From the NCBI GenBank assembly GCA_951406725.2, contig OX597816.1, forward strand, positions 93,682,001 to 93,746,000: a DNA stretch of 64,000 bases, read 5' to 3'. The DNA is from Octopus vulgaris (Eukaryota). The position numbers and the translations under genes were made by a program. Numbering within the stretch: position 1 is the stretch's first letter; every line of letters starts with the position of its first letter. Positions 1 to 12,927 of this stretch are shown piece by piece. A model generated the notes under the pieces. It had not been told where the DNA came from, made no database searches, and saw nothing but the letters and a program-made list of their open reading frames with translations.

Positions 1-1555
1 AATTTGGTATACTTCCCGCTTGGAAAAATATTTTTTGGATAGAAGTCAATCAATGGAACATCTTTAGAATGAAATTTAGATCTCAATAAGTCGTCACGCT
101 GCATATCAATCAATTTCATTTGAAAACATTCTGATATTGTCTCCATCAGTAAAACGTGATGCAAATTCATTTCTCAAATCCTGATTATATTCACAAATAC
201 CTCTGAATCCTGTGGTTTCCTTCCTTGAAATGATGAAAAATGCGCACAATTTTTATTTCGAAGTTGATGTTCCCACAACTGTAGATTTTTTTCAAAGGCA
301 ACACTAGGGTTATACATTTCATTTATGAGCTGAGTTTTACCTTGAAATGGTAAATTTAAGTTATTTAAATGAGTTGCAGTATCCAAAATAAAAGCCAAAT
401 TTGCAAGCCAATCAGGATCTCGAAAATGTGAACTATCCACACGTTTGCTTTCGAGAAATATCGCCACTTTTTTTCGTAAGGCAAGTACTCCAGCACAAGG
501 CAAGTAGCATTGATCTTCGGTTAAGCCAGCAGCGTACATTGCAGAAATAAGCGAGTTCATCATATTCTGCCTCAGTATCTAGCAAAAGCTGTTTAAATTG
601 ACGATGATTTAATCAACGAGAAAGGATCAGATTCACGGCCTTCAAACAATTTCCTTAACATGCTTAAATTTCAGACTTGGTGCACAATGTCTCTTGATGA
701 ATAACGCAATGAATTTTAACAAGTTTATGTGTGATTCAAAGGCTTTCTATGTCCTTGCAGTAGGGCAACAAAGCCTTTTTTTGTTTGTTTGTTTGTTTGG
801 TTTTATCCTACCATTGCTGGGACACCTTCAATTGTGATGCCAATTATCTTCGAAAAATCAAACTTAATTTCTGATATCGTTTTCAACAAAGTTTCAAAGA
901 TGTCTGCTCCGGTTACGGTTTTCTTCATAGGAACTGACTGAATAAATTTTTCAAAGCTCTGAAAAGTTGAAGTCACTCCTCGCACAAAGACAGCAAGTTG
1001 TACAGTGTCACTTAAGTCTATACTCCCATCGACTGCAATTGAAAAATTTTGTAATTCACTGCAGGCGTTGATTAATTGATTTTAACATCTGTTGACATTT
1101 TTTCAACCCACTGTGTAAGTGCCCTCGAAGAAAGGCTGACAGTTTCAACTAAAATCTTTTTTTTCTGGACAAACAATATCCAACACTGCCAATAAGCAGT
1201 CTTTAAAAAAAGTCACCATCTGTAAAATGTTTCATCGTTTCAGCGATGAGTTTTGAGAATTCATAGCGGGCAATTCTATTTGCCACATTTTCGCCTTTTC
1301 TGTTTTTAAAATATGACGTTTGTTTTCCAAAACTAGACATCAACCGCACAGTTTCATCTTTCCTTGCTTGTCCAGTAAATGGTGCGTCTCGTAATGTTGT
1401 CTAATATTTGCTACCTTATTCACAGCCATGTCTTCTAGACATATGAGACAAATCGGGTTCCCACTGTGCTCAATGAAGAAGTAATCTAATATCCAAGTTT
1501 CTTGGAAAATTCGGCATTCAGCACCTACCTTTCTTCGTTTTGCATACGTGGTCAT
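1..1555 (-). pseudogene. Frameshifted hAT transposase (GTF2IRD2/SPIN-like)
   Basis: KRRKVGAECRIFQETWILDYFFIEHSGNPICLICLEDMAVNKVANIRQHYETHH (BED-type Zn finger), KTVTGADIFETL...GITIEGVPAMVG and DPDWLANLAFILDTATHLNNLNLPFQGK occur in separate frames. Confidence 0.9.
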
Positions 1556-1722
1556 CGAAATTTTTTCCTACGAATAAAATTAAAATTGAAATTGAAAATT
1601 TTACATCTGAATAATTCTATCTTTTTAATGGCACACTTTTCATTGTATTCAAAAGCTTCGTCTCTCAATACAATTGTAATAATACCAGTTGGTTATGGCC
1701 AATAATTTGTATAATGTGGGTG

Positions 1723-1742
1723 TTGATGACGACGACGCCGAC

Positions 1743-1798
<56 letters not shown>
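1723..1798. repeat. (GAT)n microsatellite
   Basis: Direct reading. Confidence 0.95.
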
Positions 1799-1799
<1 letters not shown>

Positions 1800-1940
1800 G
1801 ACAGAAATAGGTAAGCGTATGGTGGCAAGGACAAAAAGAAGAAAGAAATGAGACTTTAAACGATGACAATAAACGTGTTATTTGAAAAATACAATAATGA
1901 AATAAATAAGTAAACGTCTCTTACTGGAGAAGGGGAAATA

Positions 1941-3109
1941 TCTCTTATTATAAAAGGCAGATTTTATCTGCCTCCCTTTGGGAGTTATAGAAATCTACAA
2001 TATAGGATTTCTTCAATTACAATTTACCTAGCATTTTTAAGAGTAGAATGCATCGCGTCATGCCAGGTCCAGTTTTTAAAATTTAAACTCCAATAAAGCA
2101 AAATTTACAGAAAACTCACATTCTGGTGTGTGTGTCAAATGCTTTTCTTAGTCTGGTTTACACCACACGCAAACGCACACACACAGTGTGCAACGAATAA
2201 AATGAAAGTAAATAGCGACAGAGTGATTTGAGGAAGACTAAACTGAAAGTATTTAAACCACTACTCAAAAAATAAAAAACACAGCAAACAGAAACAAATA
2301 AATACATAACCATTTACTCCTCACACAATTTCTTCAATTAGAATTTACCTAACATTTTTCAGAGTACTTCAGTGGGTGATGCCATAAAAAATTTCTTTCA
2401 ATTTTGCCACCAATTAAGACAAAATTCGAGAAAACTCAATATTTTAACATATCACTCCGAAAGCATTGATGTACATGTGTGCGTGCGTGAGTGTGTGTGT
2501 GTCATTCCTCACACACACGCATACACATACATATACAACTACATACAACTACATACACATACAACTACATACAAACACGTGTGTGTTTGTTATTAGTAAA
2601 AAAAGGCGCCAAAACTCAACTCACTTATCATTCCAACACATTTGCAAAGACACACGGACGGACAGAAAAGGTAAATTGGTTTTTATTTTACTCTGTATAT
2701 ATTTTATTATATAATATTATATATAGATATATGTATATATAATTGCAGTATGAAACAGTGTTTATGTATAAACAGACGACACTTATATATAGTTACCAAG
2801 CCGCCCGAATTTACCTATTCATATTTAAATGAGAATATCAGAGCAAATCTCTTTAGTACATTCGTGAAAACACGTATTATACTTCGTAAACACTTCAACT
2901 ACAGTTTTGTACAAAAATCGAAGTGTAATTTTAATTCCGTGAATTATGGGAGATTTTTTTCCGAAATTTGTTCCTATTGTGTTTTCAAAATTTGTAATTC
3001 TGACAAAAAATGGATACGAATTTCATTATATCAAGCAGCGAGTCAGAATTCGAAGGATTTTCTACTGAAGACCTTCATAAATCTAACTCTATGACTGAAA
3101 AAAAAAGCA
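1941..3109 (+). mobile_element. Probable non-autonomous Helitron 5' portion (3' end not located)
   Basis: Starts A|TCTCTTATTATAAAAGGCAG, a Helitron-like 5' TC terminus. It has an internal diverged duplication (about 2008-2120 vs 2328-2445) and is interrupted by a second Helitron at 3110. Confidence 0.45.
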
Positions 3110-3504
3110 TCTTTATATAAGAGTGAAGTTGTGTGTCTGTCTCCTACGATTTAGATTCCTAACTACTCCCACATTTTGCGGTGCAGTTTAACCAAAAGCG
3201 GGTATCTTATAGTCGTGATTCATATCGAGCCCTTCTGGGTATTAGCGTGCGTCTACGATGAGTCTACGATTTAAAAAAAATTTACCATCATATTTTTCCA
3301 TTTTAATGCATTTTTTTCGCTTTTATATAAGGGAAGTAACTCTCTAAAAATATCTACGATGTGTCAACGATTTAAAAAAAGATTTACCTTAATTTTTTTT
3401 CAATTTTTAATGCATTTTTTTGCTATTTTTTGGCTATAACTCTCTAAAAATGCTTATATATTTATTTCCCTTACAACCCGAGCAACGCCGGGCGATACTG
3501 CTAG
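3110..3504 (+). mobile_element. Complete non-autonomous Helitron
   Basis: 5' TCTTTATATAAGAG, subterminal hairpin CCCG-agcaacgc-CGGG (3477-3492), 3' CTAG. Inserted between A (3109) and T (3505) with no TSD. Confidence 0.85.
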
Positions 3505-6500
3505 TGTAATAATATAACAGAACCCAATGAAGAATTCGGGTACGAGAAAATGAGTGTTTGTAACTTACTGACGGTGGGTGGCGGGGGTAATCTGTTGTAG
3601 GTTTCACGAATCAGAGATTGTGGGGTCGCCGTTAACAGAGTGAAGGCAATACGCCGACTGAGACAATTGTCCCTTCGAGGCAGTCTTTTTATGACCGTCA
3701 GCAGGCTCAAGTCGGCTTTCAGTTTTTTGTCTTAATTTTATGCGGAAGAGGTAGTGATTGAGTAGAAATGTTTCGGAATTGTATTGATATAATTATTATT
3801 GTTATTATTTTTGTGTAGAGAGAGCGGAAATGATGTGCGGAGCCCTGCTTACGCAATGAATTTTTATTTGTGCTTCTGCTGTCAAAGCGTTCATATCCGG
3901 TTGGTGGTAGACATTAGGTAAGAGTGAATCAAGATTTGTGGAAGAAAATAACAGCAGGCTTTTTATTGTATTTGAAAGTCTTGTCTTTCATATTACAATA
4001 AATTTAAATTTTAAATAAACAACTCACTGGGCATCAGTTCTCGCGGGCCAGTCATAAATCCCTTCACGTGCCAGATCCGGCCTGTGGGCCGTAGGTTTGC
4101 CGGCACCTGCTCTAAAATTAGTAATCTGTACCAGACATACCAAAAATATAATGATGTAGAGCACTTCCAGATAGACTTTGAATGTCATATTATATCTCTT
4201 CGACAACATACGAACGACCAAACAGCCTGCTGCCAGTGATTAAGCTTCCACATATAAAGCAGATAGCATCATGAAAGTTGAAAAGCAGTTGCTTATCTGA
4301 AAATATTTTTTGACTGTTGTCTAGGAGTACTTTTTTTACAACAGGGAATTTGTACAATAATTCTACCGTAACAGAGCATCAGAAGTAAAACTATATATAT
4401 CAACAAGATGTCTTGCATGGCTATATTTCTAATGAGATATTACATCTTGGATGGCTACATTTCTAGTGAAATAAGAATGAGATGTTAGCTCTTACTTTAA
4501 CTGATAGGCAATACATTAGCTGGAAGTAACAAAATACTTGATGCACTCAAGGGATAACGATGTAGGTAAACCACCAAGATGCGACATCCAATGCAGATTC
4601 TGAGAAAGTCATCTGCATCATAAATAGTCGATCAAATATGTCATCACAGTATTACCTACTTGAGAGAATCGGTGTCGTGGCTAAAACGAAATCCTTAGAA
4701 AGCATAATCCCAAGGATATAAATATAAGAAGCAATCTTGATGTAAAGAGTATAATCACTCAAAATATGAAAGAATACAGGAGGAATGTTTCTGTCTATAA
4801 AACGCAAGTATAGCAAACTAGATATAATAATCTGGGAGTGAAGATATAATTAAGTAGAGTAGTTGAAATTTGCCCAGCAGTCAATACGCCGTTAAATATT
4901 AGTGAAAAGAAAAATACATCCATGTTGAACTGCTGATGAGTTTTATTCTGCAGTTTTTCCAGCTGGAGTATATTTTTAGGTTTCTGCCGATAATTATTGG
5001 AGCACTTGGATAGGTGACTACTGCTCCAGTAGTAATCTCGAGGAACTGCATTTCACACAACCAGAAAGAACATGCCTAATCAGGAGATTACAGCTAGAGG
5101 CCATCAAAAATTCTGTCTAAACATGTAAAACACTTAAGAGGTTTCGTATGTAATAAGTGCACAGACACACGTTTATACATGCAAACATGTTTGTGCATAA
5201 AAGCCTAAGTCAAGATATACAAATTCACTTATGAAATAACAGCCACACCTGCATACATGCATGCTTACATACATACAGTCAAGCATTCATGCATGCATAT
5301 ATACAGCCATGTATACATCACTAATTTGTTGATTTTGTCTAAATTCCAGTAAGATGTAGAACATCTTGGATGCATTCTTGTTCCAAACACTGGCATCTTC
5401 TCAACTACATAACTGTGAACCTGAACGACACAAGGAATAAAGGCTAGTTGTTAGTATAACTGAATTTTAGAAGCAGGAGACATCTTCAGGCGCAGTCACT
5501 ACCAAAAGGCTGAGGACACAAAGACGCAAATCATCAGCATTTGAAGAATTTTTTGAGAAATCATCTCTAATAGACTAAACAAATCATTCTTCATACCTGA
5601 TGACATAAAGAATAGCTTGTCATCTCTAAAAGAGAGTCTCTACTCTTCTGCAAGTAATATGCTTGGTATTCAAATAAACAATATCGGGATCAGTTTGATG
5701 AAAATAATGAAGAACTCCAAGGCCTTCGAGGGAAAAATAAGCTAATTAATGCTCAGTTATTACTCAAAGGCTGATATTCTTCTTTTATGGAAAAGTGCTA
5801 AAAAAACAAACAAACAAACAAAAACGGAATCCTAAGGTTCGTGAAGTATAAGGGGCTTGAAGAGTAGTGAATCTTTTGAGAGTAGTGAATCTATAAGGCC
5901 CCATGCCTTTCATAAAGCACTAGGTGCAGATTCAATCCCTGCTAAAATATACCGTTATGGTAGCGATACACTCATTGAAGAACTGAGCGGTTTATTTTTA
6001 ATGTAATCAATGGATGCCATACGCCAAGAATTCAACCATTCATTCCTGAATGGGATTTGGAATAAGTTTACTTGCCCGTCTATGGTTTTCAGATGTTTTA
6101 ACACCCAGTACTATGATGGAGTCGTCTCCACCGCGCCACATGCAGCCTACCAGCGAACAAGCAAGGCTTAAACATTGAGTATGTGTTTCGATAATGTTTA
6201 CAACACTAGCGTTGCTTCTGATTTATATTTTAATCTGTACATACATATAAAGTAGCATAACAGAAAGTAAGAATAGCCTAGAACTTTTGTTTTTACTATG
6301 AAGTTTTAGAAAGTGTGGTTTGTTTTGCATCACCAACAATCAACTCCGAATACGCACATGAGATATATATGAAAATAAATATTATTTTAATGGTTTCAGC
6401 CATTAGACTGCAGACACACGAAGGCGCGGCCTTCGAAGTATATGTATACATGCACACACATATGTATATGTGTGTGCATGTGTCTGTGTGTGTTTGTGCA

Positions 6501-6739
6501 TGCGTGTATGTTTGAATGTACATGTATATGTATGTATATATATATATATGTACATATATATGTTAATACTTATTCAACCATAGACAGAATAACACTGACA
6601 TAGTGATCGTATTTATTAGACTGTATGCGAAGGAGATGACAAAATTTCGTTTAGAGCTAAATGGCGCAAAAACTCCTAAATGACGTAACCATTTAGGCAC
6701 TGTAATATCGATTATTGTTATAATCCTTAAATGATGGTG

Positions 6740-6960
6740 GCGATCTGGCAAAATCGTTAGCAATACCGATAAAATGCTTAGCGGCATTTCGTCCGTTTCT
6801 AGTTCTGAGTTCAGCTTCCATCGAGTTCGACTTGATCTTTTATCTTTTTAGAGAGGATAAAATAAGTACCACTCAAGTACTGGGGTCGATAAAGTTGACT
6901 TACTCCTTTCCCAAAATTTCAAGTCTTCTACCTATAGGAGAGAGAATTACTACAATCCCT
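6740..6960 (+). mobile_element. tRNA-derived SINE family A (Meta-domain-like), diverged
   Basis: Similar to the copies at 17.5-17.9 kb and 56.8-57.0 kb (gttagca...aatgcttagcggcatttcgtc...ataagtacc...ctggggtcgat). Confidence 0.7.
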
Positions 6961-7119
6961 AAACGGTTATGTCACTTAATCCATTTAGTTTATCCATTGC
7001 ACTTTTGCCATTTATAAAATGATTGCTATGTGAGCTCTATTCTATATGTGCCTGGTTGAATAATTGCTAAAACTTGCCAAGTTTCATTATGCTTCAGCAT
7101 GAAACCCATTGGTACTGCA

Positions 7120-7445
7120 GGTACATATAAGAAGCTTGTTTCCCAACCACAGGTTCAGTCTCATTGGTCGGCACATTCGACAGGTGTCTTCTACTTTAGC
7201 CCCAGATTGACCAAAGCCTTGTGAGTGGGTTTGATGGACGAAAACTGTGGAAACCCGTAGTATTTATGTATGTATGTATGTATACACACACACGCGCGCG
7301 CGCAGAATACAAGAGACCTATAGAATAGGTGCCAAGCTTTAAAAAGTAAGAAGTATGGGCGATTTGTTCGGCTAAAACCCTTGAAGGCAGTGTCTCAGCA
7401 TGGTAGCAGTCCAATAACTGAAACAAGTAGAATATAAACAATAAA
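7120..7445 (+). mobile_element. tRNA-derived SINE family B, diverged
   Basis: Shares gaccaaagccttgtgagtgg...gaaactg and cagcatgg...actgaaacaagta blocks with copies at 27.0-27.6, 34.4-34.6 and 44.2-45.7 kb. Confidence 0.75.
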
Positions 7446-7457
7446 AGCTACAAAGAT

Positions 7458-7493
7458 CCTTTAACGTTTCAGACATTGATTCTTCGGCAGAAG
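7458..7493 (-). ncRNA. Degenerate minimal hammerhead-like motif
   Basis: Minus strand reads tt-CUGCCGA-AGA atcaatg UCU-GAAACGUU-aa. A6 is altered and stem I is weak. Confidence 0.35.
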
Positions 7494-8274
7494 AAAATTA
7501 AAGGAGTGTCAAAAAGGAAAAATAGCTGCGAGGAAAGAGAAAATATCTGGTGTAGGGTTAGGTATAGGGGTCAGATGGGAATACGGTTCAATGGGAGGAG
7601 TTGGACAGGAGGAAGGAGCGGTGGGCTGTACCTATGAGAGTATATCCCTGTTTTGAGATAGGTGTATGGGGAAGTGCTGTGTACGGTTTTATGGCACTAT
7701 ATTTGTGGAGAAATGTACAACTCACAGGTTTATAATAGAAGGCACTTGTCTGAGGTACTACATAATGGGATTGAAGCCGTAGCGATGTAATTCCAAATGG
7801 AGCTTCTTAAAGATAAACTATAGTTCACTTTAGTAAAAGTATGTCATCCATGTGAATAATTAGCGAATGAAAGCAATTCCTGTATGGAATACATTGGCTT
7901 GCTGAATTCTCCTCTTCATCGTTGAGTTATTTTATTTTCGAACCAAAAAGTTGACGTTTAGAAGGTCGATGGATCTGCTAAAATAACAGCTACAACCGTT
8001 TTTAAATTTCACTTAAATAGCTTCAAATTTGTAGAAGACGAACATATTTAGGATAATGTAGCCCTACGTACACTATAACTTACGAAAAATCATAATTCTA
8101 AAATGACCGGATGATAACAGCTAAAATACCCTTTAAAAGCACAGCCTCGTTAGTCAGAGCCAACCTGTTTATTAAGTATAACAACACTTCATAGTGGTAT
8201 TAATATCAAAACTTTGCGAATACAGAGTAGTTTGAATGGTTTCCACATGGCCCATACACCGACAACTTGTTCAA

Positions 8275-8277
8275 ACA

Positions 8278-8340
<63 letters not shown>

Positions 8341-8490
8341 TCACATACACGCACGCACACATAGGCTCAAACACACACACATACACGCATATACACGCAC
8401 GCACACAGAGGCTCACACACACACACATACACGCATATACACGCACGCACACAGAGGCTCACACACGCACACACATGAATACACACACAT
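8275..8490. repeat. (CA)n tract with short CA-rich tandem duplications
   Basis: Direct reading; the block catacacgcatatacacgcacgcacacagaggctcacaca is repeated. Confidence 0.9.
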
Positions 8491-10445
8491 ATATGCATAT
8501 AAGTGTATATATTTTCATGAATATTGAGATAAATATGTGTAGGTGCGCGCGCGCGTGGGTGCACACGTGGGTGCGTGTGTGTGTGTTCTGAAACGGTTTA
8601 GCTTTAGGCTAAAACTACTTCAAAACTTTGCCTTCTCACACAAAGTAATTGATACTCTAACCTATACCTACGTAGTGCGTATTTCACTTCCAAATTTAAA
8701 ACAATTTGTGTGTAACTTTGTGCACGTGTTGTATATGTATAAGTGTGTGTGTTGTTACTATGTGTAACTATTACGTACCGTTATTACATTTATTAATGTG
8801 TTTATTCTTTAATATATTTCTATTGACCTGTGCCCCTAGAGCATGTTCATGTCGCTAGAGGTAATAAACTATGCCCGGCCCACACGCGCTTCCCGCCTGT
8901 TTGTTGTGATATACAAACGTCAAATACTATTCTTGTTCTCGCTGTATTGGTGCTTATGGGTTTTGTACAAGCTATGTTGGTGGCTGACAATTAGGGGCCC
9001 ATCTTCCCAGCGGTTACATAATTAGACAAGACAAACAAGATAAAAGCGTTGAAACGTGGGGGAAGGATTTGCTCATTTAATTTTTCAGTTTGCACTAGTT
9101 AAGTACGCATACATATACGTATACAAAAGTATAAACATAGATATAAACACACGCATACAGATTTACACATACACACGCAGACTCACACATTCTGAACGTA
9201 CAAGCAGTAGCTTTCTTCTCCCTGTGAATTGTATATGTGTAAATACAAACATAATGACATGTTATCATCTAATGTCGTGCAGAGTCAAGAGACGAAAGCT
9301 TGGCTCGTTGTTAGATGATGGTTGACATATAACGTGTATGCTCGAATAGTCCTCGCAGCGGTTCATTGCGACACATGTCGAGACAGTTAGCGCCTGCCGT
9401 CCCCACCGTTTGTTTACTTAACAAGACAAATTCATATCTTTGAATATACATTTTTTAAAGTGTATGTGTAAATACCAATTTAAATCCAGTTTTCTCTGCC
9501 TGCATCTGTTATTATTTGTCTCTTACTTTATTTGACTATATTTTCATTACATTTCATTTTCTCGGTACAGACTATTGGCTGTCGACTTCTAGCTTATGAA
9601 ATGATGGCTCCTATCCTTTTTGGGGGCAGGTGTTTTACGGTTGGATGCACCCTTCTTAACGCTAATCAGCTGGGTCAGTAACTATTTTTCCAAATAGGGA
9701 AATTCAGTAATGCGCTTACCCTAGAACTTTTACACATATCCCGAGGTGAAATTTAAGCCCTTCATCCAGAAGCCTTAGTTCTAACATTTAAATATCCAGT
9801 CAGACCTTTTATACTCTAGACCATCACACTAATAAAAAAGAGGAGTGGTTTGTCATTTTGTTTTAATAAGTTAATTTCAGCATTAATTTCTTTAAGTTGC
9901 AGAATGTATTTCAGAAACGTGAAGATGAAAAGGATCAAATTTAAACCAATGAACCATCGTAATTTTAAAATGTTTGTTCTGATCGATCAGACCTATGATC
10001 AATGGCATTCTAGTCGTGACTATACCAACTGCTTAAGTATAGGGTGTGTAGGATAACATTATCCATTTTTTTAAAAATATTTTTTTAATAGAATTGGAAA
10101 AATTGGTTACGATATCTGACAATTCGACCAACCGCTTAGAGGCTCCTTCGCTGGCTCCAAAATGTTAAATGTGCATTAATTAATGAATTAGTATGGTTTA
10201 CTAATACGCAGTGAAATAATTTTATGGGTCAAATAGGAAGAAATACGTTAATAATTTTAAGAGACACTCCTAATTAAAAAGGGTAACATTACTTCCAGTG
10301 TTGTTGACTGATTTTTCGCGATTTTATTTTTTTAAACTGTTGACGTCAATTTACTAATCTCATTCTATTAAATGTCTTAACTAACAGATTAGAATCCCGT
10401 AATAATAATTTCTCTTTTATAAGTGAGTAATGAATAAAATCTTAC

Positions 10446-10984
10446 GTTTGAAGAGCAATGTATGAACAAATCTACCTATCATACGAGAGCTGCCAATCCT
10501 CTTCTGGCTAAGTTATTTAAAAATGCATCTTGGTGCTGTACAGCAATCCCTGTTTGCATCAAACTCTGTTTACAATAGTGGTTGCGAACAGCTCAGCACA
10601 TGTCAGAAGTTAGCGTTGGCAGTGCTAGGTATTAGCCTCAAAAACATCAAAACGAACGCACGAGACTTCTTTCCTTACTATTCATCAATACTACTCAGTT
10701 CAAATTACCATACTTTCTACAAATGTTAGTCTTAAAACAATTTTAATCAAAGAAGCGTGCTGGCCATGGTTGAATGAAGTGTCTAGGGAGAACTTGAATG
10801 TATACACTTTTGTTGTGGGAAATCACTAATAAGAGATTTGCGGAGATTATCCAGATGGCATGAATATACAGGGTTAATATTTTCAAAATCTTCACGACTC
10901 TAACGTTACGGGTTCTTGCAAATTTTTTACATAACATTTTCTATGACAGTGGTGGCAAAAAATGTAAACGAGACCAGGAAATCT
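10446..10984 (-). other. Possible exon (UTR-like) of a minus-strand host transcript
   Basis: Unique, non-repetitive island bounded on the minus strand by gtttgattgcAG| (10985-10986) and |GTAAGA (10445). No long ORF. Confidence 0.2.
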
Positions 10985-11011
10985 CTGCAATCAAACACAC
11001 ACACGCACACG

Positions 11012-11055
<44 letters not shown>

Positions 11056-11056
<1 letters not shown>

Positions 11057-11127
11057 TAGTTCAATTGTAGTGGACAGCTAACACCGCAGTACATCTCCAG
11101 CGTTAGATGCTGTGCGAAGGCAATGAC

Positions 11128-11189
<62 letters not shown>

Positions 11190-11238
11190 TAATAATAATA
11201 ATAATAATAATAGTAATAATAATAATAATAATAATAAC

Positions 11239-11309
<71 letters not shown>

Positions 11310-11330
11310 TAACAATAATAATAACAATAA
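11056..11330 (+). mobile_element. 5'-truncated 3' tail of an R4/Dong-type LINE running into (TAA)n
   Basis: 11056-11126 matches the reverse complement of 57791-57863, the 3' end of the Dong-like element. About 200 bp of (AAT)n follow. Confidence 0.8.
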
Positions 11331-12173
11331 TATATAGTATAAAAATAATATATATATATATATATATTATAAACATAATATATATATTATAAACATATAT
11401 AGGGTAGCGAATATTCGTTATAAATATCATCACCAGTGGCCTAGCATAGTCAATAGACAACATATTCATATTTTAAAATAGTGCACATTTAAACACTAAA
11501 GAAAACTACCCTTTAACAGGTAATTTTTACATGCTAGAAATAGCAGCCAACACGGCCAAAACCACGATTTTATAGCAATTTTCGAAATAAATGAAAAAAA
11601 TTTTACTTTGTTATTTTTATTAGCGGTTATACCATGGTTTCGAATTTCTTTAGCAAATAAGATTATTTGCCATCCTTTAATAGGAAATTTAGCAAAACAA
11701 TATTATCCACCAGGCGAATTCTCGTCAGTAACCGGCCTCAATAACTAACTTATAATTCAGATACAAGATAACACGCGTCCCGTGTTATATATATATATAT
11801 ATGTATTATATGTTATATATATGTATGTATGTATGTATGTATTTTTGTATGTATGTACGTATGTGTGAAGAGAGAGAGAGAGAGGGAGAAATACGAATAT
11901 ACATATAGTTATATTGGTATTGATATATAGGTATGTGCGTATTTGTGTGTATAGTTCTTATTGAACTTTGAAGTTACTGTGAGCCTTTTCCTTTTAAAAA
12001 TTTCATCTATATGTGTGTGCGCGTGTACGTAAGCATTTATACAGGCATCTATACAAGTATAGATACATATATACATATTCATTTCTATACGACAGACGAT
12101 GCGGAAGAAAGAGAAAAAGATGATTTTTATGAATAACTACAGGATGCGATCAATAACATATCACTCTTTGACA

Positions 12174-12927
12174 TCAAGTTGGATGTGGAAAACTGGAATG
12201 CTCAGCTAGATTCCAACTGGATTGACGTAGAGCAAGTACAAAAACCGCATGCAAGGGGAACCAATATAACTGAAAATGGAGAGTGCTCTTTGTTATTCTG
12301 CAGTATGAACGATTGACAACACCTTCCCGCACCCAGCCATCCACAAAAACCTGGCAGTCTCCAGATGGAACAACCACCAGCGAAATCGACTATGTGTGCA
12401 TAAGTCGGCGCTAGCGATCTTCACTTCGAGACGTAAAGGCGCGAAGGGAAGCTGATATTGGGTCTGATCATCACCTATTAACAGCTGTGGTACAGATCCG
12501 GTTAAAGAAAAGTTGTAAACTAAGAGCTGAAAAACCATTTGCAATAGATAAGCTAAAAGACCCCATAGTGATCAGAAAATATCAGCAAGAAATCGTCTAC
12601 CATTTTCAAGACCATGTCACCATTGTAGTTAACCGTGCAACAGACCGGATATTTGGAAGAACAATGGAATATGTTTAAAAGTGTTTTAACCGAAAGAGCA
12701 AAGACCATAATCGGACAGAGTAGAAAGACAGTCACACCGGGAAAGATGTGACAGCAAGAAGAAAAAGAAAAGAAGGATCCAAACGTAAACAGAAAAAAGT
12801 GAGAAAAGCAACAGAAGAGCAGTATCGAGTGGCAGATATGCAGATGAAGAGAGGATGCAGGAGAGACAGAAGAAGACGCTTGTAAGGAAGGATTAAAGAA
12901 GCGCAGGAGGCAAAAATACTCTCAAGT
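12174..12927 (+). mobile_element. RTE-like LINE fragment (AP endonuclease region), decayed
   Basis: Plus-strand reading gives TWQSPDGTTTSEIDYVCISRR*RSSLRDVKARREADIGSDHHLLTAVVQIRLKK, with APE motifs IDY and SDH. Confidence 0.8.

Larger units (their letters stand above)
1..4109 (-). mobile_element. hAT (Buster/Charlie/SPIN-like) DNA transposon, 5' part, decayed, with nested insertions
   Basis: Minus-strand terminus CAGGTGCCGGCAAACCTACGGCCCACAGGCCGGATC ends at 4109, the typical Buster-type terminal motif. It is flanked by ctctaaaa (4110-4117), which fits an nnnTAnnn target site. Transposase remnants lie at 1-1555. The other end is outside the window. Confidence 0.75.

Noticed and set aside
174-1555. 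Domesticated GTF2IRD2-like host gene
   Set aside because: Multiple frameshifts and stops, and a transposon terminus with target site upstream.
4200-6170. Possible decayed LINE or other coding remnant
   Set aside because: No convincing motif in any frame; left unannotated.
11056-11469. Poly-N/I/L ORFs, and all HT/YI/CV/RE/LS repeat ORFs across the window
   Set aside because: They are translations of (AAT)n, (CA)n, (TA)n, (GA)n and (TATC)n microsatellites, open in several frames and strands.
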